A stretch of DNA of 64,000 nt from Lama glama (Eukaryota). Positions within the stretch are counted from its first letter, which is position 1. Each line of letters opens with the position of its first letter. Under the pieces are notes generated by a model. The model did not search any database. It saw only the letters and a program-made list of their open reading frames with translations, and was not told where the DNA came from. The translations under genes and the position numbers were made by a program. Of the stretch, positions 50,990-64,000 are shown piece by piece. The stretch covers positions 40,488,001 to 40,552,000 of the forward strand of contig CM052818.1 in the NCBI GenBank assembly GCA_028534125.1, given 5' to 3'.

Positions 50990-52200
50990 CCCAAGTCCAA
51001 GCTGGAAGCCTTTCCTGCTTCTTTATCACGGCACTCCAATCATGGTATATAAATCTCGTTGTCGGTTACGTCCATTCTCCCAGCAGCGTCTTCCCTTTCC
51101 ATGGACTCTAAGCTCGTGGAGGGCACGGACAATGTCTTTCTCTGTGATTACACCAGAACCTATTAGACACATGATTATAGCTAACAGTTAGTGAATGTTT
51201 AGCATGAGTCTGAAACTATTCTAAATGTTTTACAGTTACTACCTTAAACTAATCTTTGCAACAATCCTGTCAAGTGAATGCTGTTATTATCCACACTTTA
51301 TTAATAAGGAAAGTGGGTAGTGGGAGATTAAAAATTTGCTCAATAGCCAGAGCACATGTAAGTAGCAGAGACAAAATTTGATCCCAAGCAGTTTGAATCC
51401 AGAGTTCTTACTATTGACTTCTACTCCATGTCTATTCTATATAGCAGATGCTCAGCAAACACTGCTAAATGAAGGAGTGAAGGAGGGAATAAATAAATGA
51501 ATTAGAATCTCTCAGGAGCATCCTACTGTATTCAGAACAAAACCTGAACTCCTCATCATGGCTAACATGATTCTGTGAAACCCAGCCTTGCTTGCTTCTA
51601 GCATTAGCTCTTGTCACTCATCAACATAGACCTTGAGCACAAGACAAATACACATATCTTGTGTCCATGAGTTTTTCAGTGCTGTTACTCTTCATGAAAT
51701 CCCCTGGTGACAGCCTGGCCAACTCCCAATTGGCTTGGCATAGGTCTCTCCTTTTGGGGGGAAATCTGGATTAGAACGCCACCTTTTGCACACTCATTGA
51801 CACACTATGCATGACTTAATCATAACGCTTAACTACAGTGTATTGTAAATGTCTTTTTACTTATCTGCCTCTTGCAAAAGACTATGAGTCTTGCTTCTTC
51901 TGATCTAGCCTCACATTTCCCCAGGATTACCCTCCTAAATTGTACGTGTGATCAGTTCTTACCATACTCGGAAACCTCTAATGACCTCCCATGCCCTACA
52001 GCTAAACCCTGAACTTCTTAACATGGCATCTAGCATTCTTTTAAACCTGGAAGTAACCTAATTTTTACCTCCTACCATTTCCCTCTCCAGGCACTTGCCA
52101 GCATTTTCAGGCTTCATCCTCTGCATGTTCTGTTCTTTCCTGAGCTGACAATGCAGCTTTTTCTTCCAGGTCCAAGACAAACACCATTTCCTGTTTTGTT
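50990..52200. mobile_element. L2 (+) fragments with a MIR (-) inserted at about 51175-51425
   Basis: ggactctaagctcgtggagggcacggacaatgtc (L2), then MIR (tgttattatccacactttattaataaggaaa), then the L2 tail resumes (agcagatgctcagcaaacactgctaaatgaa). Confidence 0.75.
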
Positions 52201-52621
52201 TCATTTTTAATCTCCATGCAGTTGGCAGACTGAGAAGTCACTACTCAAACCAGGTTATTGGATTTCAAATCCAGTGTTTTTGTACTATTCCACAGTGATT
52301 CTAAGCAGTCACTTTGATAGTAAAAAGTGCATCTCTCTAAAGATGTATTTACTTTTTTTAAAAAACTGTTGATCAGATCAGTGGAAGCCATTTTTAAGAT
52401 TAAATTCTTGTGTTTGGAGGGAAGTATTTGTTACTATTTAGCAAAAGGTGTAATTAGTAAAATGAGATAAGAAGAACTTGCTATTTTAATTCGGGTGGTC
52501 AAAAATAAGAGAAAGTAAGCTGAGATGGATTTGCCTTCGAATTGTGGCTTTTCACTCAAGTTGGATTGTCTGTTTTCATGTGAGAATTTCCCTCCATAGA
52601 TGTTTTGGGAGGGAAGGATTG

Positions 52622-52632
52622 ATGACTCAGCA
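52622..52632 (+). promoter_or_regulatory. Consensus ARE/CNC-sMAF site containing AP-1
   Basis: ATGACTCAGCA exact consensus in non-repeat DNA; motif only. Confidence 0.35.
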
Positions 52633-53646
52633 ACTTCTTCACTGGGCACATGACTCTCTGACGAGATCACCCTTTACTCTCCGTCCTAGAGGACATGGCT
52701 CCATGAGTCCAGCAGGACACACAGAGACCAGTTAAATGCTGCCCCTGCTCCATAGGCTCTCCTACCACGTCTCTCCTGCTACTTTTCTCATTGATCATTG
52801 TGAGCAGTGGAGTCATGGGTCAAATTTGTCCCTTAGATGCTCCTTCATTGGAATTCCAGCACATCACAATATGTCAAATAATGTTAAGTAATGAAGGGAA
52901 GGAGTGAGTAGGGAGAGAAAAGCCAGAACTTATAAACAGAGAGAGAACATTTCAGATATTTAACATAATAAATCATATATAGTGCCTAAAAGCCATATAG
53001 ATGTTTATTATTCTTTTTTAGAAACTTGTTGTATTTACATTCAGTTTGGAATAAAGTTTTTATACTCTAATTCTTGGTTTGAACATATGCCATGGATCAT
53101 AAAATATTTATTCTATCAATATATATAGTAGTCACATTGTGGAACTGAATAAACATTCAGATCAGAATTCATTTAATTTAAGGAACCCTCTATAGAGGGT
53201 TGGTTTTATTTGTTTGTATTCATTTACTACTAGGTTTGGGCATCTCCCAGCTGAAGTGCTGATCCAGCTATATAATCCAGCGTAGCTCTTTAACAGACAT
53301 TTTGATTCTGACTGGTGTTTCTAAAAAGAAGTTGACCTAGCCAAAATGTCTAGTTTTGAATTGAGTTCACATAACTAAATATAAGATCACCTTTTGTAGA
53401 ATATTCCCAAATTTATATGGTCTACAAAATACCAACAAATGTCCAAGGAAAGGCTCTTTCTGGGAATCTTCAAGCCACTGGCAGAAAAGTATATCTTGGT
53501 CTGAGTTCCTGAAGTCCTTAGGACGTTTCTTCTTTATAGCGCCTTCTTAGTGACCAATAACTTCTGCTAGATCTTCATGGAAAAGACATAGTAGTAAAAA
53601 CAACTATGGTAATAATAAATAGAATCATTGTAATTATTGTTTGTTC

Positions 53647-53764
53647 TTTTTTTTTTTAAGTTTGTTTATTTATTTATTTATTTTCAGAGGAGGTACTGGG
53701 GATTGAACCCAGGACCTCGTACATGCTAGGCATGTGCTCCACTGCTTGAGCTATACCCTCCTGC
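53647..53764 (-). mobile_element. Camelid tRNA-derived SINE (Vic-1 type)
   Basis: gaggaggtactggggattgaacccaggacctcgtacatgctaggcatgtgctccactgcttgagctataccctcc with poly-T head; TSD core taattattg at 53631-53639 and 53765-53773. Confidence 0.9.
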
Positions 53765-53799
53765 TAATTATTGCTATTGACAACTGTACTGACTATTTA

Positions 53800-54230
53800 G
53801 AGCTTCAAAAAGTCCTGGTGAGTAGGGCTTAATTTTTCGCCCTTGATGAAGTATGACTTAGGGACTTGCGTCTAATGAATAGAGTATAAAAAGAGAAAAG
53901 TAGTAACTTTACAGTTACTACAATTACAGTTACTGTGCAATCTGACACGTACCATCTTAACCAAGTAATCAGTCACTGTCATCAGTCATAAGCTATGTTG
54001 ATCTCATGTGTGTCCCAATAAGATATAATAAGTGAGAAGGGCGCCTCACCACTGTGGTATTCTTCCCTCAAATCACAACTCCAGTAAAATCAGAAGTAAC
54101 ATCAGACAAATCCAACTGAAAGATATTCTTCAAAATACCTGATGCGTAATCTGCAAAAGTGCCAAGGTCATGAAAAACAAAGCTAAGAGACTGCTGAATT
54201 GGTAGAGGCTGAGGAGACATGGTGATAAGC
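53800..54230 (+). mobile_element. L1MC/MD 3' UTR fragment
   Basis: agtaactttacagt..accatcttaaccaagtaatc..cactgtggtattcttccc..acatcagacaaatccaactga..caaggtcatgaaaaacaa. Confidence 0.85.
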
Positions 54231-55728
54231 AGAAAGCATTTCTCTGGCACTTGCAAGAACGTCGTGTTGAAATTATCATGCTCATTTATGTACCTGTCCC
54301 ATTAGATCATGAATGAATTCCTTAACAGCAAGACTCTTACTTAACTTTGCAGAGAGCAGTGCCTGACATTTAGTTAGGGCTAATACCTCACGATTTCTAC
54401 TCAACCTTTTTATCACTGAGAAACTGAATGCCCTCATACAGAGCAGCATCCTTATGTGTAGACGACAGACCGTTGTCTATGTGGTGTGAGTGCATGAGCA
54501 ACGCAATACACCCACACCTGCATATATCTTTCTGTTGCAGTTTACCCATGACAATACTGGTATAAATCGTTCTTCCCTTACTCTTTCTCATTCATCAATC
54601 CATCCATTTATTTCTTCACATTTGTGTAATACAGAGGATGGCGGTCCTTGAATAAGTAGTATATATTTTTTTCAAAATCATAGATAAAGTAAATTTGACA
54701 CCAAGTTCCCCCCTGGATGCAATTCCTAGGTGAACTCTTTACTTGTAAAAGCAATGAGCATATCAAAGGTTTGGACTGCAGCTGGCTCTTGATCAGTTTT
54801 GACAACTATGTTTTAAAGTCCTTTTCCATAAAGAATGAATCAGCGTTTATAGTGGTTAACCATCCTAGCCGAGAGGACTTGGTATAATGCAAATATTGTT
54901 TAATCATGTTATTTGTATTCCTTGACAACAGAATTTACAATGCCTCTTTTAATGAGAAATTGAATGGGAGTTGTGTTTTAAAAATTAATTTATTTTTAAT
55001 AATATATGGAGCTGATATTAGCCATCTCTGGCAGGGTTTATACCTATAAACTAAGAGATCATGAATACCAATTACAGTAAAAAATAATGAGATGTGTATT
55101 ATTTCCCTAAGAAAATTACTTTCAAAAATATGCATTCTGACATCCTTAAGATTAATTACACAATTATGCAGTTCCAAAGTGTAATCAGTAAAATTCTAAG
55201 CAGCAGTGAGAAAGAGTAAGCATTCATATTTACTAAAAATTCAAAAATCTCACTTCTGATGAAACTTGCTTTACAAAGTCTTTGACGTTTAGAAAATATA
55301 GCTTTTCAATGAAAAATATTTTTCAATCTTCTATCTAGCAAAGTCTTGGGATTGGGGGTAATTTGAAAGTAGCAAAGAAATAATGATTAGAACATTGCAA
55401 AATTCAGTGAGTCAAAACAAGGGCTGAATATTGAAAAGCCACAAGAAACAAGATTGTTCACCAGAGGGAGACTGGACAAATAGATTTAAGAAGAAAACTC
55501 ATTTCCGGAAATGTTTTTACACTGCGTGATGAAAGTGCTCCTTTCAAAAGGCAGACTTTAGCGTGAATAAAACAAGATACAAATAATAGGTGAGAAATTA
55601 GATTTGCAATTCAGTAGTTTACCACTCAGTCCATGTAGTTCTGAAAATACAAGCCAAAAAGTGATGGAACGCACAGCCCAAATATTTAAGAGTCTCTTGG
55701 GGCCCCATGGACACCCATATGACATGTA

Positions 55729-55743
55729 TGACCTCTATGACCT
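55729..55743 (-). promoter_or_regulatory. Perfect DR3 nuclear-receptor element (AGGTCA tag AGGTCA)
   Basis: TGACCT cta TGACCT on the + strand; motif only, function untested. Confidence 0.4.
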
Positions 55744-55779
55744 GTACATTGTCCCAATGAATGATCATCCTTCTTCCAG

Positions 55780-56070
55780 AGATGAAACTCATCACATCAT
55801 CACACCAGAGCCAATTCCAAAGTCAGCAACTCTGATTATCAGAAAGTTCTTCATTAAATAAAGCAGAAACTAAATTTTCCAGCTCTCCTTAATCACTGGC
55901 CCTAGTTCAAGCCCTTTATACCACTGAGAACAACCCTTTTGTCCAAGACTGCTCTGCCATTACTTGAAGACAGCTACCAGCCTCCCCTACTCTCCCCCTA
56001 AATTCTAGATTTCTATTCTCCAGTCCAGATAATTCCGGTTTCTTAGTTCAAAATACGTTTTTTCCCCCAC
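55780..56070 (-). mobile_element. L3/CR1 LINE fragment
   Basis: ctctgattatcagaaagttcttc..cactggccctagttc..tacttgaagacagcta; a similar short piece lies at 60340-60420. Confidence 0.7.
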
Positions 56071-59000
56071 ATATGCCCCACAATGCTAAAATTCCCAGAG
56101 AGCTAAGACCTTGTCCCATTCATCTAGCTATCATCAAATCTTTCTGACCCACAGTAGACTCTCAATAAGTGTTCAGATAAATCCCTCTATACCCTCTCAG
56201 TAACCAAGCTTCCTCTCCTCTCATTTACCCTTCATAAAATAAAATTTGTAGACATTGTTCTGTCTATACTTCAAATTCAGGGCTGCATAAAGAGTCAACA
56301 AGGCAGAAAGGGTCCACAATAAGGCAGTAGGCTTCCCAAAGGCAGGACAGAAAAAGCCCAAGGGTCTAGGAGGGGAGTAGTGACTCTCACACCTGAGAAT
56401 CAAAGCAGACATCATCCCCTCGGAGGGAGTCAGGCCTGAGACAGGGACTTGATAACAGAACTTGGTAAGTCCCTGGTAAGAATTTGATAACACACTTCAC
56501 TGTGTATATAATCCTTTATCATATGTTTTCCCACAAGAATAAACCCTTTGAACAAAGTTCCTAAAGGCTTATCAGTTTGGGCAGCAAGAAAAGGCCAAGA
56601 TAGAGGCTTACACTTCACTTTATCTGCTCACTTCACATAGATGAAACCCCCTGGTCAGGAGCAGATGAAGTTTGGCAGCCAGTGGAAATGAGGGAGAGGG
56701 GCTGCCCTGGGCTGGAGATGAATGAAGAAGACAAGACCGTGGAGATCCCAGTTCAGACATGGAAAGTGCTCTGGTGCTTAACAAGGGGAACACTAGTGGG
56801 AGAATTCTTTGTAATGGACCCCCCCGGTGTGGAAGCTGTGTATTATATCACATTGTTAGTTATTATATATTTCATGGGCATGTAACTCGGATCATAGATC
56901 TTAATTCAAATGTATTTGAAACAAGGAGGGTCAATAAAACCTGGTGGCCAAATAGTCCAGGGCAGATTGTTGGTTTTTCTCTTAGCCCACCCATCTCAGG
57001 GGTGAGACTGCTCTTCCTCAACCTTCCCTCTATTGTTGGCAGATGATAAAGCGGCTTCCCCGTGCCAGGAGCAAGATCTTAGAGACCTAGGAGGTAAAAG
57101 CCTCCTTGCATAATTCTCCAGGTATAAGGCTGGAAACACCCAAGGGCATTGACCTGTTTTTTTTTTTTTGTCTAATCACCCATATAAATGGTAAGTACCT
57201 CCAAAGTAGGTGGGAATCTTGTGCCATTCCTGGAACATAGAATACCAATCAGCACTCAGCTTCTAACACATAGCTCTTTAAGATTTTGTAATTTAAGTAA
57301 AATGGCAGTAACTGGAGCACATAAAACATTATAAGCATTGGGCATAATTACATCTGCATATTGAATTATTTATAAAATTAAGTATATTCTATACTACTGA
57401 TACCTGCTTATGATGAACCTAGAACACTCATTTGCATTTTTTTGGTATTCCATATTTATTAAAAAGATTATGAAACATCAAAATCCCTTTTGTGCATATG
57501 ACACTACTAGGAAATAGGAAGGAGTAAGAAAAATCATATTAATTCTCACAAAAGTGATGTATTCTTAACTTCTTCAAAGCACGTGGCTTTCGTTTCATAC
57601 ATTCTGTGAGTTTTATAAGTGTATTTCTGAATAGCTCTATTAAAAATATCTATTTTTTTAAACATACTGGTAAACCAGTGATATGCAAGATACCGTGTGC
57701 AGTATCTAGATCACACATTAAACAATACTAGCAATGAAGGCATGAAAATAAGCTATTTTGTGTATTTCAGTAATTTAATTTTATAGTTTTTATTCATGCC
57801 GTGGTCATATGTAAGAACTGGTGGCTAGAAGACACTAAATGGCTTGATAAATTCCACTTGCCCTTTATTCTAGATCAGAGTTTTGAACATCTGGATAAAG
57901 TTACACTTAGCCTGAAAATGAGTCATAGAATGTAAAAATATCAAAAATATTTATTAATTCACCATCTGTAATTTTGTGGGGAGGAACAGGGAAGGAATTT
58001 TATTGCTGATATTGGCATAATCATTTTAAGACTTTATGGGAAGACAAAAAGATGTCAAAATGGAGACTACAATGGCTAGAGTTTTTTTTTTAAATATCCC
58101 AATCCACTCCATATAAACTAAGCCTACATTTCCTAAATATGAAGAATATCAAACATTTCAGCTAAAGGATGTCCCTGAGAATAAAGATCTTTGAAAGTTT
58201 TTAGAGTGATAACCTTATGCTCATGACTTTGCTGAAAGATGGTTGAACGTCATGTTTTTATCTTGGCTGATACTAAGAAACTCTTTGATATTGGCATGTC
58301 AGTTCATTTTACTGGGTCTTAGTCTTCCAAAAATGTGGGACAGGTTCTTGTTTGAATCACTAAGTTTTTGTGAAGCTCAAGCAAAAATGTGGATGAAAGT
58401 ATTGAGCCCTTGTGATACATCATTGTGTAACATAGAAAGATGACAGTCTTGCTTTTAAATGAGGGCATCAATATTCCATATTTACAAATCAATTGTAATC
58501 ACCCATAGATAAACACAGAGAAATAGATGAGAATCTCATTCTCCAATGCTGCTTCAGGGAAATTGTTGTAGCGCATGAGGTTTCAACACTTAGATTCTAA
58601 AATGGGTATTCTGGTTGCTGTTATTCACCTTACAGTGAATTTAATTTTCCTCTATTTCTTGAAGTCACATTTATGCCATGTAAGTCAGATCTCCTTCTTT
58701 GGAGGTAAACTGATCTAAGTCTCTCTATTTGCATAATGCTTTAGGGAAAGTTTCCCTTAAAAATCTTTCACATGCAATGATTCACCACAGGACAAAGTGA
58801 GCAGTATGCAGAGAAAGGATTATTATTCATTCTCCATACATGAGGAAAAATAAAATTCAATTTATTTAAATCAATTAAAGTTAGACATCTTAGTACTTTC
58901 TGGGTACACTGCTGGGTGTTTACTGAATATAAAAGAAGTGTGATGATGCCTGCAGCCACAGTTAAGTTGGAAAGACAGGTAGCTAAGCGTACTGTACAGT

Positions 59001-60759
59001 AACTAATTAAATTTCTATTGTGTGAATCAGAAAGGTAATATGCTTAACTATAAGTTGCACAGAGAGTCAGTGATGAGTAAGGGGAAGGATCCATATCTCC
59101 TAACTGCTGGGCTAGTGCTCTTTCCACTACTCTACACACAGTGTTCGGTATATCTTTAAAAGATGGCTCTGGAGTTTGTTTGTTTGTTTGTTTTTTAATA
59201 TACTGAAGAGATCTCTTGTAATTTATAAAACTGGATATTCCAAAAGCCAAGTCTTCATCAATAGTATTGTAAAGGTACAAAATTTTAAATTTTTATGTTT
59301 CTTTTAAAATCAGTAATGATTCTCAGTGGTCAACCGCAAACAAAGCTCTGTCTGAGACCTTGAAAGATGAGTGAGGTTTTCCAAGGGCAAAGAAATAGGA
59401 GGGGAGAGCACGTTGAAGAAGTGTGTCCTAAACTGGGTCAGAGTCATTTTGAGAAAATAAAACTTCTATCTATATATATATTTATGTAAGTTATAAATAT
59501 ATATATGTTATAAAGCAAAGTGTTTTAAACAACTAAATATAGCTGGTGATAAGCTACTTTTCTCAGTAATGTCTCTCCCCCATTCCCTATAAAATTGCAC
59601 TCTTCTTCTCTTTGAATTTGGTCAAATTGCATGATTATTTTTGGCTATGCAGATGCAACCTTTCCTTTTTTTTTTTTTTGCGTATTTCCTCTTCTATGGG
59701 TAGAAAGGTAATGAGATTTGAAATCATAAGTAGGACTGAATCTCTTACTAATAATGTGACTTTGAGAAAGTTGCTTTAAACCCTCACTTCCTCATTCATA
59801 AACATATTGACAGCTTGTAAACATATTATACATATACATAAAAGTGTGTATACATACATATGAATACACATAATAAATATCTCTGAATAACAGTATTTAC
59901 CACACACATTTGTTGGGAGGATTAAGAGAAATAGTAAAGTGGTTTGCCCAATAACTGAATTTTCCTCCTTCTCAACTCTGAAATGTAAAAGGTTGATCAG
60001 ATGGATACATTGTTTAATATCCTTACACATTATATAGTATCTTTACCACTAAGATCTTTGTTGCTATTGTTGTTGCTACTATTTTGTATCAAACCAGCAT
60101 CCCGTCATCTTGGATGGAAATCGCTGTCCCTGGTCCTGAATTCTCAGCATTTTCATCAAAAACATGAATTGTAGAATTGCACCCAAAGAGAGAACAAAAA
60201 ATTAAGATCATTAAATGTATGTACTTAAAGGTTTTCTTATAGAGCCAACTCACAACTCTTGTTACTTTGTCAACTCAAAAGTCAACAAAATAAGATTCCA
60301 CATCCACAGAATTATAAAATTACTTAGTTCTGAGAACAGAGAACTTACTACTCACACAGCAGCCTGTTACACTGATGAATATCTCTGATTATCAGGGAAT
60401 TTTTCTTTTCACCAAGCCCTGTAGTGGCTCACAAGTCATTATTATGTCCTAGGAGGCACGCTAACTTGATTAATGCATCATTAGGTCATCTGAATATGTT
60501 TTTGGTAAAATTCATTACTAGGTTTATTGGTAAGAACGTGAACAAGGCAGACACAGAAAGATGAAACATGAAATTGTGACTGTCAAGATTTAAAAAGGGC
60601 TACATAATTTTGCCTTGTACATTACAGAGAAAAAAAGAGACAGACAGACAGAAAAAGAATAGGGAACTTAACAGAAATTTGTAATGAATCAAATCTTTTG
60701 CACATGTTAGTCCAGTGTCTATCACTCTCTCTTCTGATTTCCTTCAGAATTTTTAAGAT

Positions 60760-60940
60760 TTTCTTACCATATGCTTATTACTTGATATTCTCAAAAGTTA
60801 TTTATACATTTCTTCCCTTCACTAGACTGTGACAGTGTCCACTCAGAGGCAGTGCCTTACTTCTTCCTTTGTATATATTCCAGTGCATAAACATGCTTGG
60901 CACATAGTAGGTACTTAGTGTTGGCTGAATGAATAAATTA
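60760..60940 (+). mobile_element. L2 3' terminus
   Basis: cactagactgtga..gcttggcacatagtaggtactt..tgttggctgaatgaataaa. Confidence 0.8.
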
Positions 60941-61534
60941 GATTTCCAGAGAAAGAATCATCAGAATTGACAGGGAGAGGTTTATCCATCATCACATGTA
61001 TTCCACATGCTGGGAATGCCAGAGAGGGATTCACATCTAAAGAAGGAGACTGGATGCATGTCCCCTTTGATTCTGACATATTCAGGATTGGACACTAATA
61101 TAATCATCAAATATTTTTATCCACATTCCTCAATAAATTCCTTGGGTCTAAGCCACAACATTAATAGAATTACAACAACAAAAGAAGTATTATAATGATA
61201 TCATTTTATAAAATGGAAAAATGTATAATTAAGCAACAAATTCTATTGCAGCAAGACCAGGGCCTGCATAATATATTTTTTCTCTTCCCTGGATTTGATT
61301 ACATTTACACACACGTGATTTTGTTTCTTTGAGATATTTCAAAGTATTTTTAAGTTTTCCCATGAGTTTCTCCTATGCCATTCTAAATTTTCAGTGTCAG
61401 TGTTGAATAGGTTTCTAGTTCTTAACAGATATCTGGGTTAAATGTATTTTTTCTTCCTTCAATATCTGTCACAAAATCTCTCTGTATTTGCTAAGAAGTC
61501 TCTCTCTGTTTGCTCTTTACTTTTAACACACTGA

Positions 61535-61582
61535 AGATAGATAGATAGATAGATAGACAGATAGATAGATAGATAGATAGAT
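61535..61582. repeat. (AGAT)5 AGAC (AGAT)6 tetranucleotide microsatellite
   Basis: Directly visible, 12 units. Confidence 0.97.
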
Positions 61583-63649
61583 ATGTAGGTAGTCTCCAAT
61601 ATGTGTATAAGTATACATATATAGGCATATATCCAAACCTCAAACACTAAATTGGTGAAAAGGAAAATGTCTTAATATATTAATATATTTCTAACTTCTT
61701 ACTATTTTATTCACTAAAAGTTAAATAGAATTGATGAGGAATTATAATGAGTCACTCAATGAAAGAGAAGCAATAATAGAAACAAAAGGTAAATTATAGT
61801 AATTCTATTTTTTAACGGAAAATGGTACATTTGAGCAATGAATTATATTTTGGAAAGACAAGGACCCTCAAATTAAAAATGTTTCCTTCTTTCTCTTCCC
61901 AGCATGACACTCTGCTTTTATTTATGAATTGATTACTCAGGGGACAGTCATTCTGATGAGGCAGATACAGAACCAAAATAAAATTACATACCTTCTTAAT
62001 TTTTTATTCCATATATGAATAATTAATTTGTTCATTTATACATAGAAATTCTGTTCCTACATGTCATTCCCATTTTATACACAGTGGTTTGTAAGATAGA
62101 ATCTTGAAGAAAAGCTGAACTTAAGATTGATATGAAAGACAATATTTTGGAGCAAGTACGGTGTTTAATACATCTGAGAGTCCTAACATGTTTTGGGTAA
62201 GTCAAATTCTATTTTCCATAGACTTACACTGTCATCTCAAGGTTTCATGAGTCTCACAGAAGCACACTTTTCAAAGGCAGCATCTATTAGCCTTAAACTA
62301 CAGTGGGTAGTGTGATGGGGCAAGATCAGCTTAAACTAATAAATGAAATCTTTATCACGAGCACAAGAAGCCCATGGAGGAGCCTTTGGTCATTCTCTAG
62401 AAGTTGACAATGTTCGTGTGCTGGGAGAGATGTTAGTACAGGACTCCCAATTCATAAACAATGGTGAATGGGAACTTAAGTCGATTTATTGTTAACTCTG
62501 TAGCAAGTAGAACAGTTGCTCTATGCTGGAATATTTGGTTACAGCAAAGGAAATAAAAGCATGAGAAAATGGGAAAGATAATTTGTTAAAAAAAATATGG
62601 ATCCTTCTGGAAAGCTATAACAGATTGTGAGATGTGACCACAGGCAGGCCATTTCCTCTCTTTGGGCTTTTTTCTTCCAGCCTGAAGCAAACAGAAGCAA
62701 TTTGCATAGATGGTGCCCAGATCACCTTACAATTCTAATAATATGTGAGTTAGAAATCTTACACAATATACATTATGCTGACAATAAGTTTGCCTTTACA
62801 TACAGTCCACTTCTGTCATTGCTTATGGCAATGAATTGCTAAGAACTGAGTCTAAATAGACAACTTTATGCATAATTAGTTATCATAGAAATGTGAGCCT
62901 CTCCTTTGACTATGTAATGGGATCAGTTTCTTTAAAACTAAAAAGTAAGTGGAGGCAGGGGCACCAAAGGGCAGTGTCTAGATGATACTGGCTTTTCAGA
63001 AACAAAGCTCAAATAAAAGGTAAGAAAAGATGAAGGAAAAGAACCATTTCTCACAGCTGCCAAAAGCTTTTCTCCAAGAAACAGACACCTTCCTTCACCC
63101 TCAAGATGCGGCCTGTTGGTGACCCTCCCTAGGAGCTATAGCAACTTTTGGTATTTTAGGAGCAGCTTTCTGTTGTTATAAGGGTTTTGTCAAATGCTTG
63201 ACACATTAACAGGAATGCTATCCTGGCCACGTGTAAATTCTGACTCTGCTTGGAACTAACTCTATGGCCTGAGCAAGACATCATCCCTGAGCCTTCATTG
63301 ACTTATCTTCATGTCTGTTATGAGAAACAGAAATACCCGGGGACAATGCTTGGCAATGATTAAGAGACAGGGATTAGGGACTCTTACTTTACTTGCTACC
63401 AGCAATCAACCTCAGAGTCAGCCAAATATGTGCCTCAAATAACTCTTACCTACTGTTGTTATTCTTCAAGTGGCATGATTAATAAAAATACACATAGATG
63501 ATGGAGCCATTGACAAAGTTTCCATTGCTAAAGGGATATTTTGACACAGTGACTTCATTACTGGCATACCCTTTGACCAAGAATAATCTAGTTCAACTTT
63601 AAAGCAATTCCACCTAAGTAGCAGTTCACAGATTCTAAGAACATTACCT

Positions 63650-63810
63650 CACATGAAAAACCAAGGAAATAGAGCAGGTATGGATGTCTCCAGGTTCTAG
63701 ACAAGTAAGTAAGGGCTCAGGAAAGGTGTTCCCCCCAAGGTCACATAGGAAACAAAGTCTGGGATGAGGCTGAAACCTGGATCTCTGGACTCCAATATAG
63801 CACTTCTTTA
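63650..63810 (-). mobile_element. MIR SINE fragment
   Basis: aagggctcaggaaaggtg..cccaaggtcacatag..gctgaaacctggatctctggactcca. Confidence 0.7.
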
Positions 63811-63941
63811 TTTGTACTTATCTACCTTTCTTGTTCATGCCTGTATGCAGAAAAACAAAGATTAAGTATAATAACCATTTTCCCCAATATAAAAAGAAAA
63901 TGGCTCTGAACTCTACAATTTACCTCACATCAATAAATCAC

Positions 63942-63975
63942 CACACACACACACATACACATATACACACACACA
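63942..63975. repeat. Imperfect (CA)n microsatellite
   Basis: Directly visible. Confidence 0.9.
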
Positions 63976-64000
63976 AATTTTAGTCTAACATATTAGATAA

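Noticed and set aside
54455..54485. Small hairpin tagacgac-agacc-gttgtcta
   Set aside because: Stem far too short for a pre-miRNA; no snoRNA boxes.
1..64000. CRISPR array, operon or other prokaryotic-type system
   Set aside because: The sequence is mammalian and repeat-rich; there are no regularly spaced direct repeats and no gene-dense ORFs.

Overview
AT-rich mammalian euchromatic non-coding DNA (intergenic or deep intronic). It is most likely from a camelid, because it carries three copies of a tRNA-derived SINE matching the camelid Vic-1 type. Much of the window is interspersed repeat: many L2 and MIR fragments, old and younger L1 pieces (several nested), MaLR/ERVL/ERV1 solo LTRs, hAT and Tigger-type DNA transposons, CR1/L3 fragments and microsatellites. 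A 500-N scaffold gap lies at 38000-38499. I recognise no protein-coding exon, tRNA, rRNA or known ncRNA gene. The listed ORFs are explained by repeats, the N gap or chance. I found no evidence for a new biological system. The best leads are candidate cis-regulatory sites (a perfect DR3 nuclear-receptor element beside a C/EBP-AP-1-ETS-XRE cluster, a CTCF-like site in a CpG-rich patch, ARE sites, two TATA-plus-splice-donor arrangements) and some DNA-repair and retrotransposition scars. Repeat family names were assigned by eye from remembered consensus features and need RepeatMasker/Dfam confirmation. Boundaries of old repeats are approximate.
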